Part shown: in pieces, positions 52,807 through 62,625 of the stretch
Position numbering within the stretch: the stretch's first letter is position 1
Layout of the letters: the number at the start of each line of letters is the position of its first letter
NCBI GenBank assembly: GCA_965261735.1
Contig: OZ253470.1
Location: 1,344,001-1,408,000 of the forward strand
From: Alphaproteobacteria bacterium
GTDB lineage: Bacteria > Pseudomonadota > Alphaproteobacteria > SHVV01
Direction: 5' to 3'
Length of the DNA: 64,000 bases
Position numbers and translations under genes: made by a program
The notes under the pieces: generated by a model
Database searches by the model: none
What the model saw: only the letters and a program-made list of their open reading frames with translations
Told to the model about the DNA's origin: nothing

Positions 52807-53520
52807 ATGCAGCGTTTCGCCAACCCCGCGCGTTTCATGCGCCTGAGTGCCCGGCTACTTCCGTGGACCGGCGGCCTCGCCGCGGGGCTGATCGGGGTCG
52901 GCCTCTACATGGCGCTGTTCGAGGCCCCGGCCGACTACCAGCAGGGCCAGTCCGTGCGCATCATGTTCGTGCATGTGCCCTCGGCCTGGATGGCGCTGAT
53001 GATCTACACGGTCATGGCGAGCGCCAGTGCCGTCGGCTTGATCTGGAAGCATCCGCTCGCCGATCTCGTCGCCAAGGCCTGCGCGCCGATCGGCGCCTCG
53101 TTCACCTTCGTCGCGCTGGTGACCGGCGCGCTGTGGGGGCAACCGATGTGGGGCACCTGGTGGGTGTGGGACGCGCGGCTCACCTCGGTGCTCATCCTGC
53201 TGTTCCTCTACATCGGCTACATGGCGCTGTGGCACGCCTTCGACGAGCCCACCCGGGCGGCCAAGGCAGCGGCGATTCTGGCTCTAGTCGGCTTCGTCAA
53301 CGTGCCGATCATCAAGTTCTCGGTCGACTGGTGGAACACGCTCCACCAGCCGGCGAGCGTGGCCAAGCTGGGCGGGCCCTCGATCCATGTCTCGCTCCTG
53401 ATCCCGCTGTTGGTCATGGGCGCCGGTTTCACCGCCTACTTCGTCACCGTGCTGCTGCTGCGCGTGCGGCGCGAGATCACGGCGCGCAAGATCCGCGCCC
53501 TGCGTTACAGTCTCGCGTAA
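52807..53520 (+). CDS. ccmC: Heme exporter protein C
   Basis: HVPSAW, WGQPMWGTWWVWDARLT, WWNTLHQ. Confidence 0.96.
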   Translation: MQRFANPARFMRLSARLLPWTGGLAAGLIGVGLYMALFEAPADYQQGQSVRIMFVHVPSAWMALMIYTVMASASAVGLIWKHPLADLVAKACAPIGASFTFVALVTGALWGQPMWGTWWVWDARLTSVLILLFLYIGYMALWHAFDEPTRAAKAAAILALVGFVNVPIIKFSVDWWNTLHQPASVAKLGGPSIHVSLLIPLLVMGAGFTAYFVTVLLLRVRREITARKIRALRYSLA

Positions 53521-53628
53521 GCGAAAGGCGCGGCGCGCCGGCGTCATGACCCTGGGTTGCACGGGGAGGGCCAAGGCCACATCTTTATGTGCACTTCCCG
53601 CCGCGCGTGAATGAATGGACGCTCGAAC

Positions 53629-53841
53629 ATGGAGGCGCTCGCCGAGTTCCTGTCGATGGGAGGCTATGCGGTGTTCGTATGGCCGGCGTTTGCCGTCGCC
53701 GCCGTGGTGATGGTGGCGCTCTTTATCGAGAGCCGGCGCACCCTGCGCGCCGACGAGCGCACGTTCGAGGCGCTGCAAGGTGAGCGCCGCCAGGACCGCC
53801 GGCGCGGTGCGCCCGAGGCCGAGGCCGCCGATGACGCGTAA
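53629..53841 (+). CDS. ccmD: Heme exporter protein D
   Basis: FLSMGGYAVFVWPAF, single TM helix, basic tail. Confidence 0.88.
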   Translation: MEALAEFLSMGGYAVFVWPAFAVAAVVMVALFIESRRTLRADERTFEALQGERRQDRRRGAPEAEAADDA

Positions 53842-54283
53842 GCAGCAGCGCCTCCTGGTCGTGGCCGGAGGCATGGCGCTGCTCGGCGTAGCGGCCGCGC
53901 TGGTGCTGAGCGCGTTCCAGGACAATCTCGTGTTCTTCTACAGCCCGAGCGAGGTCGTCGCGCGCGACGTTGCGCCCGCCCGACCCTTCCGCCTCGGTGG
54001 CCTGGTCGAGGAGGCGAGCGTCGTACAAGCCGGCGTCACCACGACCTTCCGCGTAACCGACCGGGCCCACGCCGTCGCCGTCACCTTTACCGGCCTGCTC
54101 CCCGACCTGTTCCGTGAGGGCCAGGGGGTCGTCGCCGAGGGACGCATCAACGGTGCCGGCGTCTTCGAGGCGAGCCGCGTCCTCGCCAAGCACGACGAGA
54201 CCTACATGCCGCCGGAGGTCGCCGAGGCCCTGAAAAAGGCGGGCCAATGGCGGCCCGAGGGCGCCGCCGGACAGTCGCCATGA
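53831..54283 (+). CDS. ccmE: Heme chaperone
   Basis: LPDLFREGQGVV, LAKHDETYMP. Confidence 0.96.
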   Translation: MTRKQQRLLVVAGGMALLGVAAALVLSAFQDNLVFFYSPSEVVARDVAPARPFRLGGLVEEASVVQAGVTTTFRVTDRAHAVAVTFTGLLPDLFREGQGVVAEGRINGAGVFEASRVLAKHDETYMPPEVAEALKKAGQWRPEGAAGQSP

Positions 54284-56277
54284 TCGCGGAAATCGGTCAC
54301 TTCGCACTGGTGCTCGCGCTCCTGCTGGCGCTCGCCCAGGGCACCGTCCCGCTCATCGGCGCGGGCCGCGGCGATGCCAACTGGATGGCGATCTCGGGGC
54401 CGACTGCGTTGGCCCAGCTGTTGTTCGTGGGCATCGCCTTCGCGGCGCTGACACACGCCTACATCGTCTCCGACTTCTCCCTCGTCAACGTCGCCGACAA
54501 CTCCCATACCGCCAAGCCACTGCTCTACAAGATCACCGGCGTCTGGGGCAATCACGAGGGCTCGATGCTGCTATGGGTCTTCATTCTCGCCCTGTTCGGC
54601 GCCGCGGTCGCCGCCTTCGGCGCGAATCTACCACCCGACCTGCGCGCCCGCGTCATCGCGATTCAGGGGCTGATCGGCGTCGGCTTCCTTTTGTTCATCC
54701 TCTTTACCTCGAACCCCTTCGCGCGCGCCGTCCCGGCCCCGGCCGAGGGCAGCGGGCTCAACCCGCTGCTGCAAGATCCCGGTCTCGCCTTCCACCCGCC
54801 CTTCCTCTATCTCGGCTATGTCGGCTTTTCGATGGCCTTTGCGTTTGCCATCGCCGCCCTCATCGAGGGCCGGGTCGATCCGGCGTGGGCGCGCTGGGTG
54901 CGGCCGTGGACGCTGGCCGCGTGGTGCTTCCTCACGATCGGCATCGCGCTCGGTAGCTGGTGGGCCTACTACGAGCTCGGCTGGGGCGGCTGGTGGTTCT
55001 GGGACCCGGTCGAGAACGCCTCGTTCATGCCGTGGCTGTTGGGGACCGCGCTCCTGCACTCGGCGGTCGTGGTCGAGAAGCGCGGCGGCCTGAAGAGCTG
55101 GACCGTGCTGCTCGCGATCCTGACCTTCAGCCTGAGCCTGCTCGGGACCTTCATCGTGCGCTCGGGCGTGCTGACCTCGGTCCATGCCTTCGCCGTCGAT
55201 CCGACGCGCGGCGTTTTCATTCTCGCGTTCCTGATCCTGGTCGTCGGCGGCTCGCTCGCGCTCTACGCCGTTCGCGCGCCGGCGCTAAGGTCGTCCGGCC
55301 TGTTCGCGCCCATCAGCCGCGAGGGCGGGCTCGTGCTCAACAACCTTCTGCTCGCCACGGCCGCCGCCACGGTCCTTCTCGGCACTATGTATCCGCTGTT
55401 CCTCGATGCCTTGACCGGTGACAAGGTTTCGGTTGGCCCGCCCTACTTCAACGCGACCTTCGGTCCGCTGATGGTGCCGGTGGTGGCGGCGATGGCGGTC
55501 GGGCCGATGCTCGCCTGGCGCCGCAGCGACCTCGCGGGCGTCCTTGGGCGGCTCAAGTTCGCTGCCGTCGCCGCCGTGATCGCGGCGCTCCTCGCCTGGT
55601 ACGCCGCCAGCCGCGGCCCGTTGATCGCCGTCGTCGGCCTCGGCTTCGCCGCCTGGCTCGCCGTCGCCTCGCTCGTCTACGTCGCCGAGCGCATCAAACT
55701 CTTTCGGGCGCCGCTCAAGGACAGCTGGCGGCGCGCTCGACACCTGCCGCGCGCCGCCTATGGCGTCGCCGTGGCGCACGCCGGGATGGCGGTCGTGATC
55801 GTCGGCATCATCGCGTCGACCACGTGGGAGTCGGAGAAGCTTCAGATCATGCGGCCGGGCGAAACCGTGGGACTGGCCGGCTACGACGTAACGTTCGACG
55901 GCGTCCGCCCCGTGGCCGGCCCCAACTACCGAGCCATACGCGGCCACTTCACCATTGGCCGCGATGGACGGACGATCACGCGGATGGAGCCCGAGACGCG
56001 CGACTATCCGACCCCGCCGATGCAGACGACCGAGGCGGCGATCCGGCCCCGGCCGACCGCCGACCTCTACGTCGTGCTCGGTGATGCCGACGGCACCGGC
56101 GGCTTCGCGACCCGCCTCTACCACAAGCCGTTCGTGCACTGGATCTGGTTCGGCGCGCTGGTCATGGTGGCGGGCGGGGCGCTCTCGCTCAGCGACCGGC
56201 GCCTGCGCATCGGCGCGCCGGCGCGGGGCGCGCGCCCGGCCACCGCCGAGGCGGCCGAAGCGGCGGCCAGCGCCTGA
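54280..56277 (+). CDS. ccmF: Heme lyase CcmF
   Basis: WGNHEGS, GLNPLLQ, WAYYELGWGGWWFWDPVEN, SVHAF. Confidence 0.97.
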   Translation: MIAEIGHFALVLALLLALAQGTVPLIGAGRGDANWMAISGPTALAQLLFVGIAFAALTHAYIVSDFSLVNVADNSHTAKPLLYKITGVWGNHEGSMLLWVFILALFGAAVAAFGANLPPDLRARVIAIQGLIGVGFLLFILFTSNPFARAVPAPAEGSGLNPLLQDPGLAFHPPFLYLGYVGFSMAFAFAIAALIEGRVDPAWARWVRPWTLAAWCFLTIGIALGSWWAYYELGWGGWWFWDPVENASFMPWLLGTALLHSAVVVEKRGGLKSWTVLLAILTFSLSLLGTFIVRSGVLTSVHAFAVDPTRGVFILAFLILVVGGSLALYAVRAPALRSSGLFAPISREGGLVLNNLLLATAAATVLLGTMYPLFLDALTGDKVSVGPPYFNATFGPLMVPVVAAMAVGPMLAWRRSDLAGVLGRLKFAAVAAVIAALLAWYAASRGPLIAVVGLGFAAWLAVASLVYVAERIKLFRAPLKDSWRRARHLPRAAYGVAVAHAGMAVVIVGIIASTTWESEKLQIMRPGETVGLAGYDVTFDGVRPVAGPNYRAIRGHFTIGRDGRTITRMEPETRDYPTPPMQTTEAAIRPRPTADLYVVLGDADGTGGFATRLYHKPFVHWIWFGALVMVAGGALSLSDRRLRIGAPARGARPATAEAAEAAASA

Positions 56278-56279
56278 TC

Positions 56280-56813
56280 ATGCGCACCGGCACCCTCCTG
56301 CCGCTCGGCCTGTTCGCAGCCCTCGCCGTTGCGCTCGCCTTCGGCCTTACGCTCAAGCCGCGCGAGATCCCCTCGGCACTTATCGGCCAGGCGGTGCCCG
56401 AGTTCGCCCTCCCGCCGGTGCAGGACCATGAGCTCGGCCTCGCGACCGGCGATCTCAAGACTGGCGAGGTGGCGCTGGTCAACGTGTTCGCCTCGTGGTG
56501 CGTCGCCTGCCGGGTCGAGCATCCGCTGTTGATGGCGCTGCGCCGCGAGGGTGTCGTGCCGGTGCACGGCCTCGCCTACAAGGATGCTTCGGCCAACGCC
56601 ACCGCCTGGCTGGTCCGCTTCGGTGATCCCTACGAGCGCACCGGCCTCGATCTCAAGGGTCGCGTCGGCATCGACTGGGGCGTCTATGGCGTGCCCGAAA
56701 CCTTCGTCGTCGATGGCGCCGGCACCATCGTGGCCAAGCACATCGGACCCATCACCGAGCGCGACCTGGTGGAAACGATTCTTCCCGCCATCGAGCGCGC
56801 GCGCGCGCGATGA
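56280..56813 (+). CDS. ccmG: Thiol:disulfide interchange protein CcmG/DsbE
   Basis: ASWCVAC, GVYGVPETF. Confidence 0.94.
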   Translation: MRTGTLLPLGLFAALAVALAFGLTLKPREIPSALIGQAVPEFALPPVQDHELGLATGDLKTGEVALVNVFASWCVACRVEHPLLMALRREGVVPVHGLAYKDASANATAWLVRFGDPYERTGLDLKGRVGIDWGVYGVPETFVVDGAGTIVAKHIGPITERDLVETILPAIERARAR

Positions 56814-57280
56814 TGACTGCGCGCACCCTGGCCGTGGCTGCCTGGCTGGCGCTCGTCGCCGGGAGTGCGGGCGCGATCGGCGTCGACACGCCGCTCCCAG
56901 ATCCGGCGCAGGAGGCGCGCGCGATCGCCATCCACAAGAACTTGCGCTGCCTCGTCTGCCAGAACCAGTCGATCCTCGACTCCAACGCCGATCTCGCCCG
57001 AGACATGCGCCGCATCGTGCGCGAACGCATCGCCGCCGGCGCCGACGATACCGCTGTCGTCGATTATCTCGTGGCCCGCTATGGCGACTGGGTGTTGCTC
57101 AAGCCGCCGCTCAAGGCAACCACCGTGGCGCTGTGGACGGGACCGTTCGTCATCTTGGCGCTCGCCATCGGCGCCGCCTTCGCCTACTTCCGCCGCACGG
57201 GTTCCGCGCCGGCGAGCGCGCCGCCTCTGTCGAGCGACGAGCAGAAACGGCTCCAGGAACTGCTCAGTCACGAGACCTGA
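56810..57280 (+). CDS. ccmH: Cytochrome c biogenesis protein CcmH
   Basis: LRCLVCQNQSI, RYGDWVLLKPP. Confidence 0.94.
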   Translation: MMTARTLAVAAWLALVAGSAGAIGVDTPLPDPAQEARAIAIHKNLRCLVCQNQSILDSNADLARDMRRIVRERIAAGADDTAVVDYLVARYGDWVLLKPPLKATTVALWTGPFVILALAIGAAFAYFRRTGSAPASAPPLSSDEQKRLQELLSHET

Positions 57281-57289
57281 GTCACTGCC

Positions 57290-58681
57290 ATGCTGTGGCT
57301 GACCCTCGGGGTGATGGCGGCGGCGGCGGCGGCGGCGCTGGCATTGCCCCTGCTGCGCACGGGGCCGCAAGCTCCCGATCGCGGCGCCTACAATCGTCAA
57401 GTCTACCGCGACCAGCTGCGCGAGCTCGACCTCGAGATCGAGCGCGGCGTCGTCAGCGCCGACGAAGCCGACGGCGCCCGCCTCGAGATCGAGCGCCGGC
57501 TGTTGCAGACGGGTGCGGATGCGGGCCCGAGCGGGCTCGGCAACCTGCACCGCCACAATGTGACGGCAGCGGTGTTCGCCCTCCTGCTGCCCGTGGCGGC
57601 CGCAGCGCTCTATGTGTGGCTCGGCTCACCCGGCATCCCTGGCGCGCCCGGCAGCGGCCAGCCCGAGCCGGTCGCGGCGGCGGGCGGCATTCCCGGCGAT
57701 CTAGCCGAACGCGTCACGGCGCTGGCGGCCCGCCTCGAACAGGATCCGCAGGATCTCCGCGGCTGGGTCCTGCTCGGGCGCTCGTACTGGGTGCTGCAGC
57801 GCTACGCCGAGGCAGCCGACGCCGTGCGCAGGGCGATCGCGATCGAACCCGAGGATGCGGACCTCCACTCGCTCCTCGGCGAAGCCCTCGTCATGGCCGC
57901 CAGCGGAGTGGTCGATACCCCCTCACGGGAGGCCTTCACTGAGGCCCTCGCCCTCGATGCGCGCCACCCCGGCGCGCTCTACTACCTCGCCCTCGCCAAG
58001 GCCCAGGGCGGCGCCGTCCAGGAGGCGCTCGACATGTGGCTCGCGCTCCACCGCGAGTCGGCCGTGGACGCGCCGTGGCGCGGCGAGCTCGAGGCACGGA
58101 TCACCGAATCGGCGACGGAGCTCGGCGTCGACGCCGAGGCGCTGCTGGCGGCGGGCGGCGCCGCGCTAACAGCCGCGGCGCAGCCCGGGCCCACGGCCGC
58201 CGACGTCGCGGCGGCCGCGCAAATGACGGCGGAGGATCGTAGCGCGATGATCCGCGGCATGGTCGCCGGCCTGGCCGCACGCCTCGAGGACGAGCCGCAG
58301 GACCTCGACGGCTGGCTCAGGCTAGCGCGCGCCTATGGCGTGCTCGGCGAGCGCGAAGGGGCGCGCGATGCGCTGGCTCGCGCGGCGGCGCTGCGGCCCG
58401 ACGATACCGGAATCCTTGTCGACTACGCGGCCGCGATCGTGGCCACGGCTACGGACGAAGGCCCGGTGCCGCCAGCCGCGGTCACGCTGCTGCGCCGGGT
58501 ACTCGCGCTCGATCCTGACAACGCCGATGCGCTCTATTACACCGGCCTCGTCGACGCCCGGGCCGGTCACCCCGAAATGGCAGCCAAAGCCTGGCGCAAG
58601 CTCTTGGCCGAGCTCGACCCAGCGAGCCCGGCCTATGCCGAGGTCAAGCGGCAGCTCGACGCGCTCGATCTCGGCCAATGA
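57290..58681 (+). CDS. ccmI: Cytochrome c biogenesis TPR protein CcmI/CycH
   Basis: VYRDQLREL, LYVWLGSP, TPR repeats, MIRGMVAGLAARL. Confidence 0.9.
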   Translation: MLWLTLGVMAAAAAAALALPLLRTGPQAPDRGAYNRQVYRDQLRELDLEIERGVVSADEADGARLEIERRLLQTGADAGPSGLGNLHRHNVTAAVFALLLPVAAAALYVWLGSPGIPGAPGSGQPEPVAAAGGIPGDLAERVTALAARLEQDPQDLRGWVLLGRSYWVLQRYAEAADAVRRAIAIEPEDADLHSLLGEALVMAASGVVDTPSREAFTEALALDARHPGALYYLALAKAQGGAVQEALDMWLALHRESAVDAPWRGELEARITESATELGVDAEALLAAGGAALTAAAQPGPTAADVAAAAQMTAEDRSAMIRGMVAGLAARLEDEPQDLDGWLRLARAYGVLGEREGARDALARAAALRPDDTGILVDYAAAIVATATDEGPVPPAAVTLLRRVLALDPDNADALYYTGLVDARAGHPEMAAKAWRKLLAELDPASPAYAEVKRQLDALDLGQ

Positions 58682-58859
58682 GGCTCTGGCGCCCCTAACC
58701 GGCACCAAACTACTGGTTTAAGCACCATCCCACCCCCATATGTAGAGTCAGCGTCCAGCGTTTGTCCGCGATCGTTAACGGCTTGTTTGCCGTCTTATCC
58801 GCTGACAGGCTACAATGTGATCTCGATCACGGGCTAGGCGCCAGCAAAGGGCACGAGGC

Positions 58860-59120
58860 ATGGTTCAGATCGGTTCGTCGGTCCCGCCTCCGACCCCACC
58901 GGTCGTGGGAGCGGTGGGTGATGGGCCGGGCGCGCGCCGCGTCAGCGACCAGGAGAGCGAGAGGCCGGTTCCCGCGGTCAACGGGATCGAGCCCGACCGG
59001 CGCGAGGAGGCGCGCGCCGCTGAGGCGGCGGCGGCCGAAAGGCGAAGCGAGCGCGAGGCCGCGGACGAGGCGCGAAAGGAGCGGCACGACGTCGGCCGCG
59101 AGGTCGATATCAGCGTCTGA
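58860..59120 (+). CDS. Small low-complexity hypothetical protein ending GREVDISV
   Basis: GAGG RBS, charged helix, followed by a terminator. Confidence 0.6.
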   Translation: MVQIGSSVPPPTPPVVGAVGDGPGARRVSDQESERPVPAVNGIEPDRREEARAAEAAAAERRSEREAADEARKERHDVGREVDISV

Positions 59121-59143
59121 GCGGCGCCGCGCGCGGCCCGAGT

Positions 59144-59166
59144 AGCGCCTGAGCGGCGCTTTTTTT
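59144..59166 (+). terminator. Rho-independent terminator
   Basis: AGCGCC-tgagc-GGCGCT followed by a T run. Confidence 0.8.
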
Positions 59167-59433
59167 GTGCCCGGGACCCGGCTGGACGGGGCCGGGACGG
59201 CGTGCCAGAGTCGATCCATGATCGAGCGAGCGAGGCCGGCCGGCCCGGTTGCGGTGCGGGTTCCCGAGGGCGATAACCGGCCGCGTCGCGTTTGCGATGA
59301 TTGCGGCTTTATTGATTACGTCAACCCCAAGGTCGTGGTCGGAGCGGTGTGCAGCTCGGACGAGAGGATCCTGCTGTGCCGGCGCGCGATCGAGCCGCGC
59401 CCGGGCTTCTGGACCATCCCCGCCGGCTACCTA

Positions 59434-60582
59434 GTGGATTGATCGGAACGAAAGAGTCCGATTTGAGATTCCGTATTGTGCGGTGTCATGCGAGTCTGTG
59501 CTATGCGCACCGGCATCCATTTTACTGTCACGTCTGGCGACCGTCAGCGATTGCAAGCTATCGTCGCGGACCCGAAGAGCTCGCAGAAACATGTCTGGCG
59601 GGCGCGGATCATCCTGAAGAGCGACGAGGGGCTCGGGAACTCGTCGATCATGGCCGAGACCGGCAAGTCCAAGACCTGTGTCTGGCGCTGGCAGGAGCGG
59701 TTCATGCACGAGGGTGTCAACGGCTTGCTTCGCGACAGGTCCCGTCCGCCTGGCAAAGCGCCGATCCCGCCGGAGCGCGTCGCCGAGATCGTCCGCCTGA
59801 CCCAGCAAGCGCCGCCGCACGAGGCGACCCACTGGACGCTGCGCGCGATGGCGAAGGTTGCTGGCGTCGCGGCGTCGACGGTCCAAGCGATCTGGAAGGC
59901 CCATGGCCTCAGCCCGCACCGCTGGCGGCACTTCAAGCTCTCCAATGATCCCGCCTTCGCCGAGAAGCTCACAGATATCGTCGGCTTGTATGTCGATCCG
60001 CCGGCCCATGCCGTGGTGCTGTCGGTTGATGAGAAATCACAGATCCAGGCGCTCGACCGCACCCAACCCGGCTTGCCGATGAAGAAGGGCCGCGCCGGTA
60101 CGATGACCTATGATTACAAACGGCATGGCACGACGACGCTGTTCGCCGCGCTCAACGTGCTGGACGGTACGGTCATCGCACAGAACATGCAGCGCCACCG
60201 CCATCAGGAGTTCATCCGCTTCCTCAACCGCATCGAGCGCGAGGTGCCGACGGACAAGGCCGTCCACGTCATCCTCGACAACTACGCCGCGCACAAGAAG
60301 GACAAGGTCCGCGCCTGGCTCGCCCGCCATCCACGCTGGACCTTCCACTTCACGCCAACCTCGTGCTCGTGGCTCAATGCCGTCGAGGGCTTCTTCGCCA
60401 AACTAACGCGGCGCAGGCTCAAATACGGCGTCTTCCAATCCGTCGTCGACCTTCAGGACGCCATCAACCGATTTGTCCGCGAATACAATGACGCAAACCC
60501 AAAACCCTTCATCTGGAAAGCCGACCCCGATCATATCATCGCCGCACGAAACAGAGGGTTCCAAACGTTGGAATCAATCCAC
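59434..60582 (+). mobile_element. IS630-family insertion sequence, complete
   Basis: Terminal inverted repeats GTGGATTGATCGGAACG / CGTTGGAATCAATCCAC; TA duplication (59432-33 and 60583-84) within a CTAG target. Confidence 0.93.
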
Positions 60583-60585
60583 TAG
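59503..60585 (+). CDS. IS630 transposase
   Basis: SVDEKSQIQALDRTQP, DYKRHGTTTLFAAL, ILDNYAAHK, SWLNAVEGFF. Confidence 0.95.
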   Translation: MRTGIHFTVTSGDRQRLQAIVADPKSSQKHVWRARIILKSDEGLGNSSIMAETGKSKTCVWRWQERFMHEGVNGLLRDRSRPPGKAPIPPERVAEIVRLTQQAPPHEATHWTLRAMAKVAGVAASTVQAIWKAHGLSPHRWRHFKLSNDPAFAEKLTDIVGLYVDPPAHAVVLSVDEKSQIQALDRTQPGLPMKKGRAGTMTYDYKRHGTTTLFAALNVLDGTVIAQNMQRHRHQEFIRFLNRIEREVPTDKAVHVILDNYAAHKKDKVRAWLARHPRWTFHFTPTSCSWLNAVEGFFAKLTRRRLKYGVFQSVVDLQDAINRFVREYNDANPKPFIWKADPDHIIAARNRGFQTLESIH

Positions 60586-60838
60586 AGACCAACGAGAGCA
60601 CGATTGAGGGCGCGCGCCGCGAGGCCTACGAAGAGGCCACCGCCGACATCGAGATCGATGCCCTGCTGGCGGTTTACAACATCGTGCGCCTGAGCCAGGT
60701 GCAGATCATCTATCGCGCGCGCCTGCGCTCGGCCGAGGTCGCGCCGGGCCTTGAGAGCCTGGAGACACGACTGTTCGACTGGCAGGCGATCCCCTGGGAT
60801 GAACTGGCGTTCCCGAGTGTGCATTGGGCGCTGCACCA

Positions 60839-61402
60839 TTACCGCGAGGTCAGGGGCGCGGACGGCTTCGCGCCGCGCGGCAACCTCGAAGGCGCCGGCG
60901 ACCTCGGCCCGCACGGCCTTTGACGCGCGCCGCGCGCCGCGAGCAGGCGCCCCATGAAATCGAACGCCGCGCCATAGATCCCCGGGTCCGAGCTCTCGCG
61001 CGGGCCGGCGACGTTGAGAGCCCGCACATGGTGGACCCGCAGCCACAGCAGACACGCGGCGAGGCTGCGTCCGCTTCCCGGATCGGCGATCCGGCAGGGG
61101 CGGCCTAGGCGCCGCGCCAGGCGAACGGTATCGAGCGTCCCGCGGTCGGCGCGACCGCGCCGCAGCAACACGAGCGTGGCTTCCGAATCGCGGACGTTCC
61201 ACCGGGTGCGCTGGTGGGTCAGCGCGGACGGCGTCGCGCGCAGGGGGTAGCGCGGCGCGATCGGCCCATCCTCGGCCCAACGGCCGCGCGGGCACCAGCC
61301 GCCACAATCGAGGCCGTGCGCGAGGGCGGCATCGAGCGCGGCGCGGTCGACGCCGGTTTGGCCGCCCGAGACGATGCCCGCGATGGGGCCGCGATGCGCC
61401 AC
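60839..61402 (-). CDS. Putative molybdenum carrier / cpYpsA SLOG-family protein
   Basis: IVSGGQTGVDRAALD, GGWCPRGRWAEDG, RTRWNVRDSEATL, LNVAGPRES. Confidence 0.85.
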   Translation of the reverse strand: MAHRGPIAGIVSGGQTGVDRAALDAALAHGLDCGGWCPRGRWAEDGPIAPRYPLRATPSALTHQRTRWNVRDSEATLVLLRRGRADRGTLDTVRLARRLGRPCRIADPGSGRSLAACLLWLRVHHVRALNVAGPRESSDPGIYGAAFDFMGRLLAARGARQRPCGPRSPAPSRLPRGAKPSAPLTSR

Positions 61403-61414
61403 CGAGCGCGTGCG

Positions 61415-61693
61415 CTAGACCTTGCTCAGCGCCGCATCCATCTCGGCCTCGGCGAACGCCGGCATGGTGCGAATCTTGCCGTAACCCTGCTTGGCGTACC
61501 ACACCGAGAAGGTGAGGATCGACAGCGGGTCGGGCGCCTCGACGACGTCGACGAAGTCGAACTCGCCCTGCGTGTAGTAGACCGCCTCGATGGTGATGCC
61601 GAGGTCGCCGAGCTTCGCCTTGGCGCTCTTCAGCCGCTCCTGCGAGCGCTCGATCCAGTCGCGCTCGAGCTGCCCGAGTAGTACATATTTCAT
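61415..61693 (-). CDS. GYD domain protein
   Basis: 92 aa; YYTQGEFDFVDVVEAPD, IRTMPAF. Confidence 0.75.
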   Translation of the reverse strand: MKYVLLGQLERDWIERSQERLKSAKAKLGDLGITIEAVYYTQGEFDFVDVVEAPDPLSILTFSVWYAKQGYGKIRTMPAFAEAEMDAALSKV

Positions 61694-61810
61694 GATCGTT
61701 CCTCCCACGCCGGTTTCTCTGGCGGCGATCCTAGCCGCTCGCGGCGCGGTGACAAAGCGCGCCGGTGGCGCAGCGTTCCGCCGCGCCGCGAAGTGGGCCA
61801 TAGTGCGGCG

Positions 61811-62537
61811 ATGATCGTGCTGTTCATCGATTTCGGCGCCGGCGGGCCCTATGTCGGACAGATGAAGGCAGTGCTCCATCGGTTGGCGCCCGGGGTCGAT
61901 ATCATCGAACTGCTTGCCGATGCGCCGGCGTACGACGTCGAGGCCGCCGCCTACCTCCTGGCCGCCTACGCCGCGGGCTTCCCGCCCGCCACGGTATTCC
62001 TCTGCGTCGTCGACCCCGGTGTCGGTACAGCGCGCCGGGCGGCCGCGATCGAGGCCGACGGGCGCTGGTACGTGGCCCCGGACAATGGCCTGCTCAACGT
62101 GGTCGCGACCCGGGCCGGGCGCTTGTACTGGTGGGACATCACCTGGCGCCCGCAGCGCCTGTCGGCGAGCTTCCACCGCCGCGACTTGTTCGCGCCGGTC
62201 GCCGCCCGGCTCGCCCAGGGCGGCGCGGTGCCGAGCGAGCGCGCAGATACCACCGAGCGCCTCCGGCCCGGCTGGCCCGACGATCTCGCCCGCATCGTCT
62301 ACGTCAGATCATTTCGGCAACGCTATCACCGGCATGCGCGCCTCGGAGCTCGACGACGACCGCGTCATCGCGGCGGCGGGGCGGCGCCTGGGCCGCGCCC
62401 GCACCTTCGCCGACACGCCCCAGGGCGAGGCCTTCTGGTACGAGAACGCAAACGGCCTCGCCGAGATCGCCGTCAACGGCGGCCGCGCCGCCGACGTCCT
62501 CGGCCTTTCCGTGGGGACGGCGGTGCGCGTGATCTAG
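61811..62537 (+). pseudogene. SAM hydroxide adenosyltransferase (DUF62) family; extra A at 62306
   Basis: DFG...YVGQMK, VVDPGVGTARR, APDNGLL, FHRRDLFAP; removing A62306 restores YVDHFGN...ENANGLAEIAVNGG. Confidence 0.85.
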
Positions 62538-62625
62538 GGCATGATGGTGAAACCGAGCCGGCGGCCGGCCTGGCGGGGCCATTCGCGCACTTTCTGGTTG
62601 CAGTGTTCGCTGCTAACATCCGGCC

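Larger units (their letters stand above)
59218..60923 (+). pseudogene. Nudix hydrolase split by IS630
   Basis: WTIPAGYL | ETNESTIEGARREAYEEA: the Nudix box is restored exactly when 59434-60584 is removed (184 aa). Confidence 0.9.

Noticed and set aside
61811-62537. Fluorinase/chlorinase
   Set aside because: It retains the Asp/Arg/His pattern (VVDPGVG..RR, FH) of hydroxide-type DUF62 enzymes and is frameshifted
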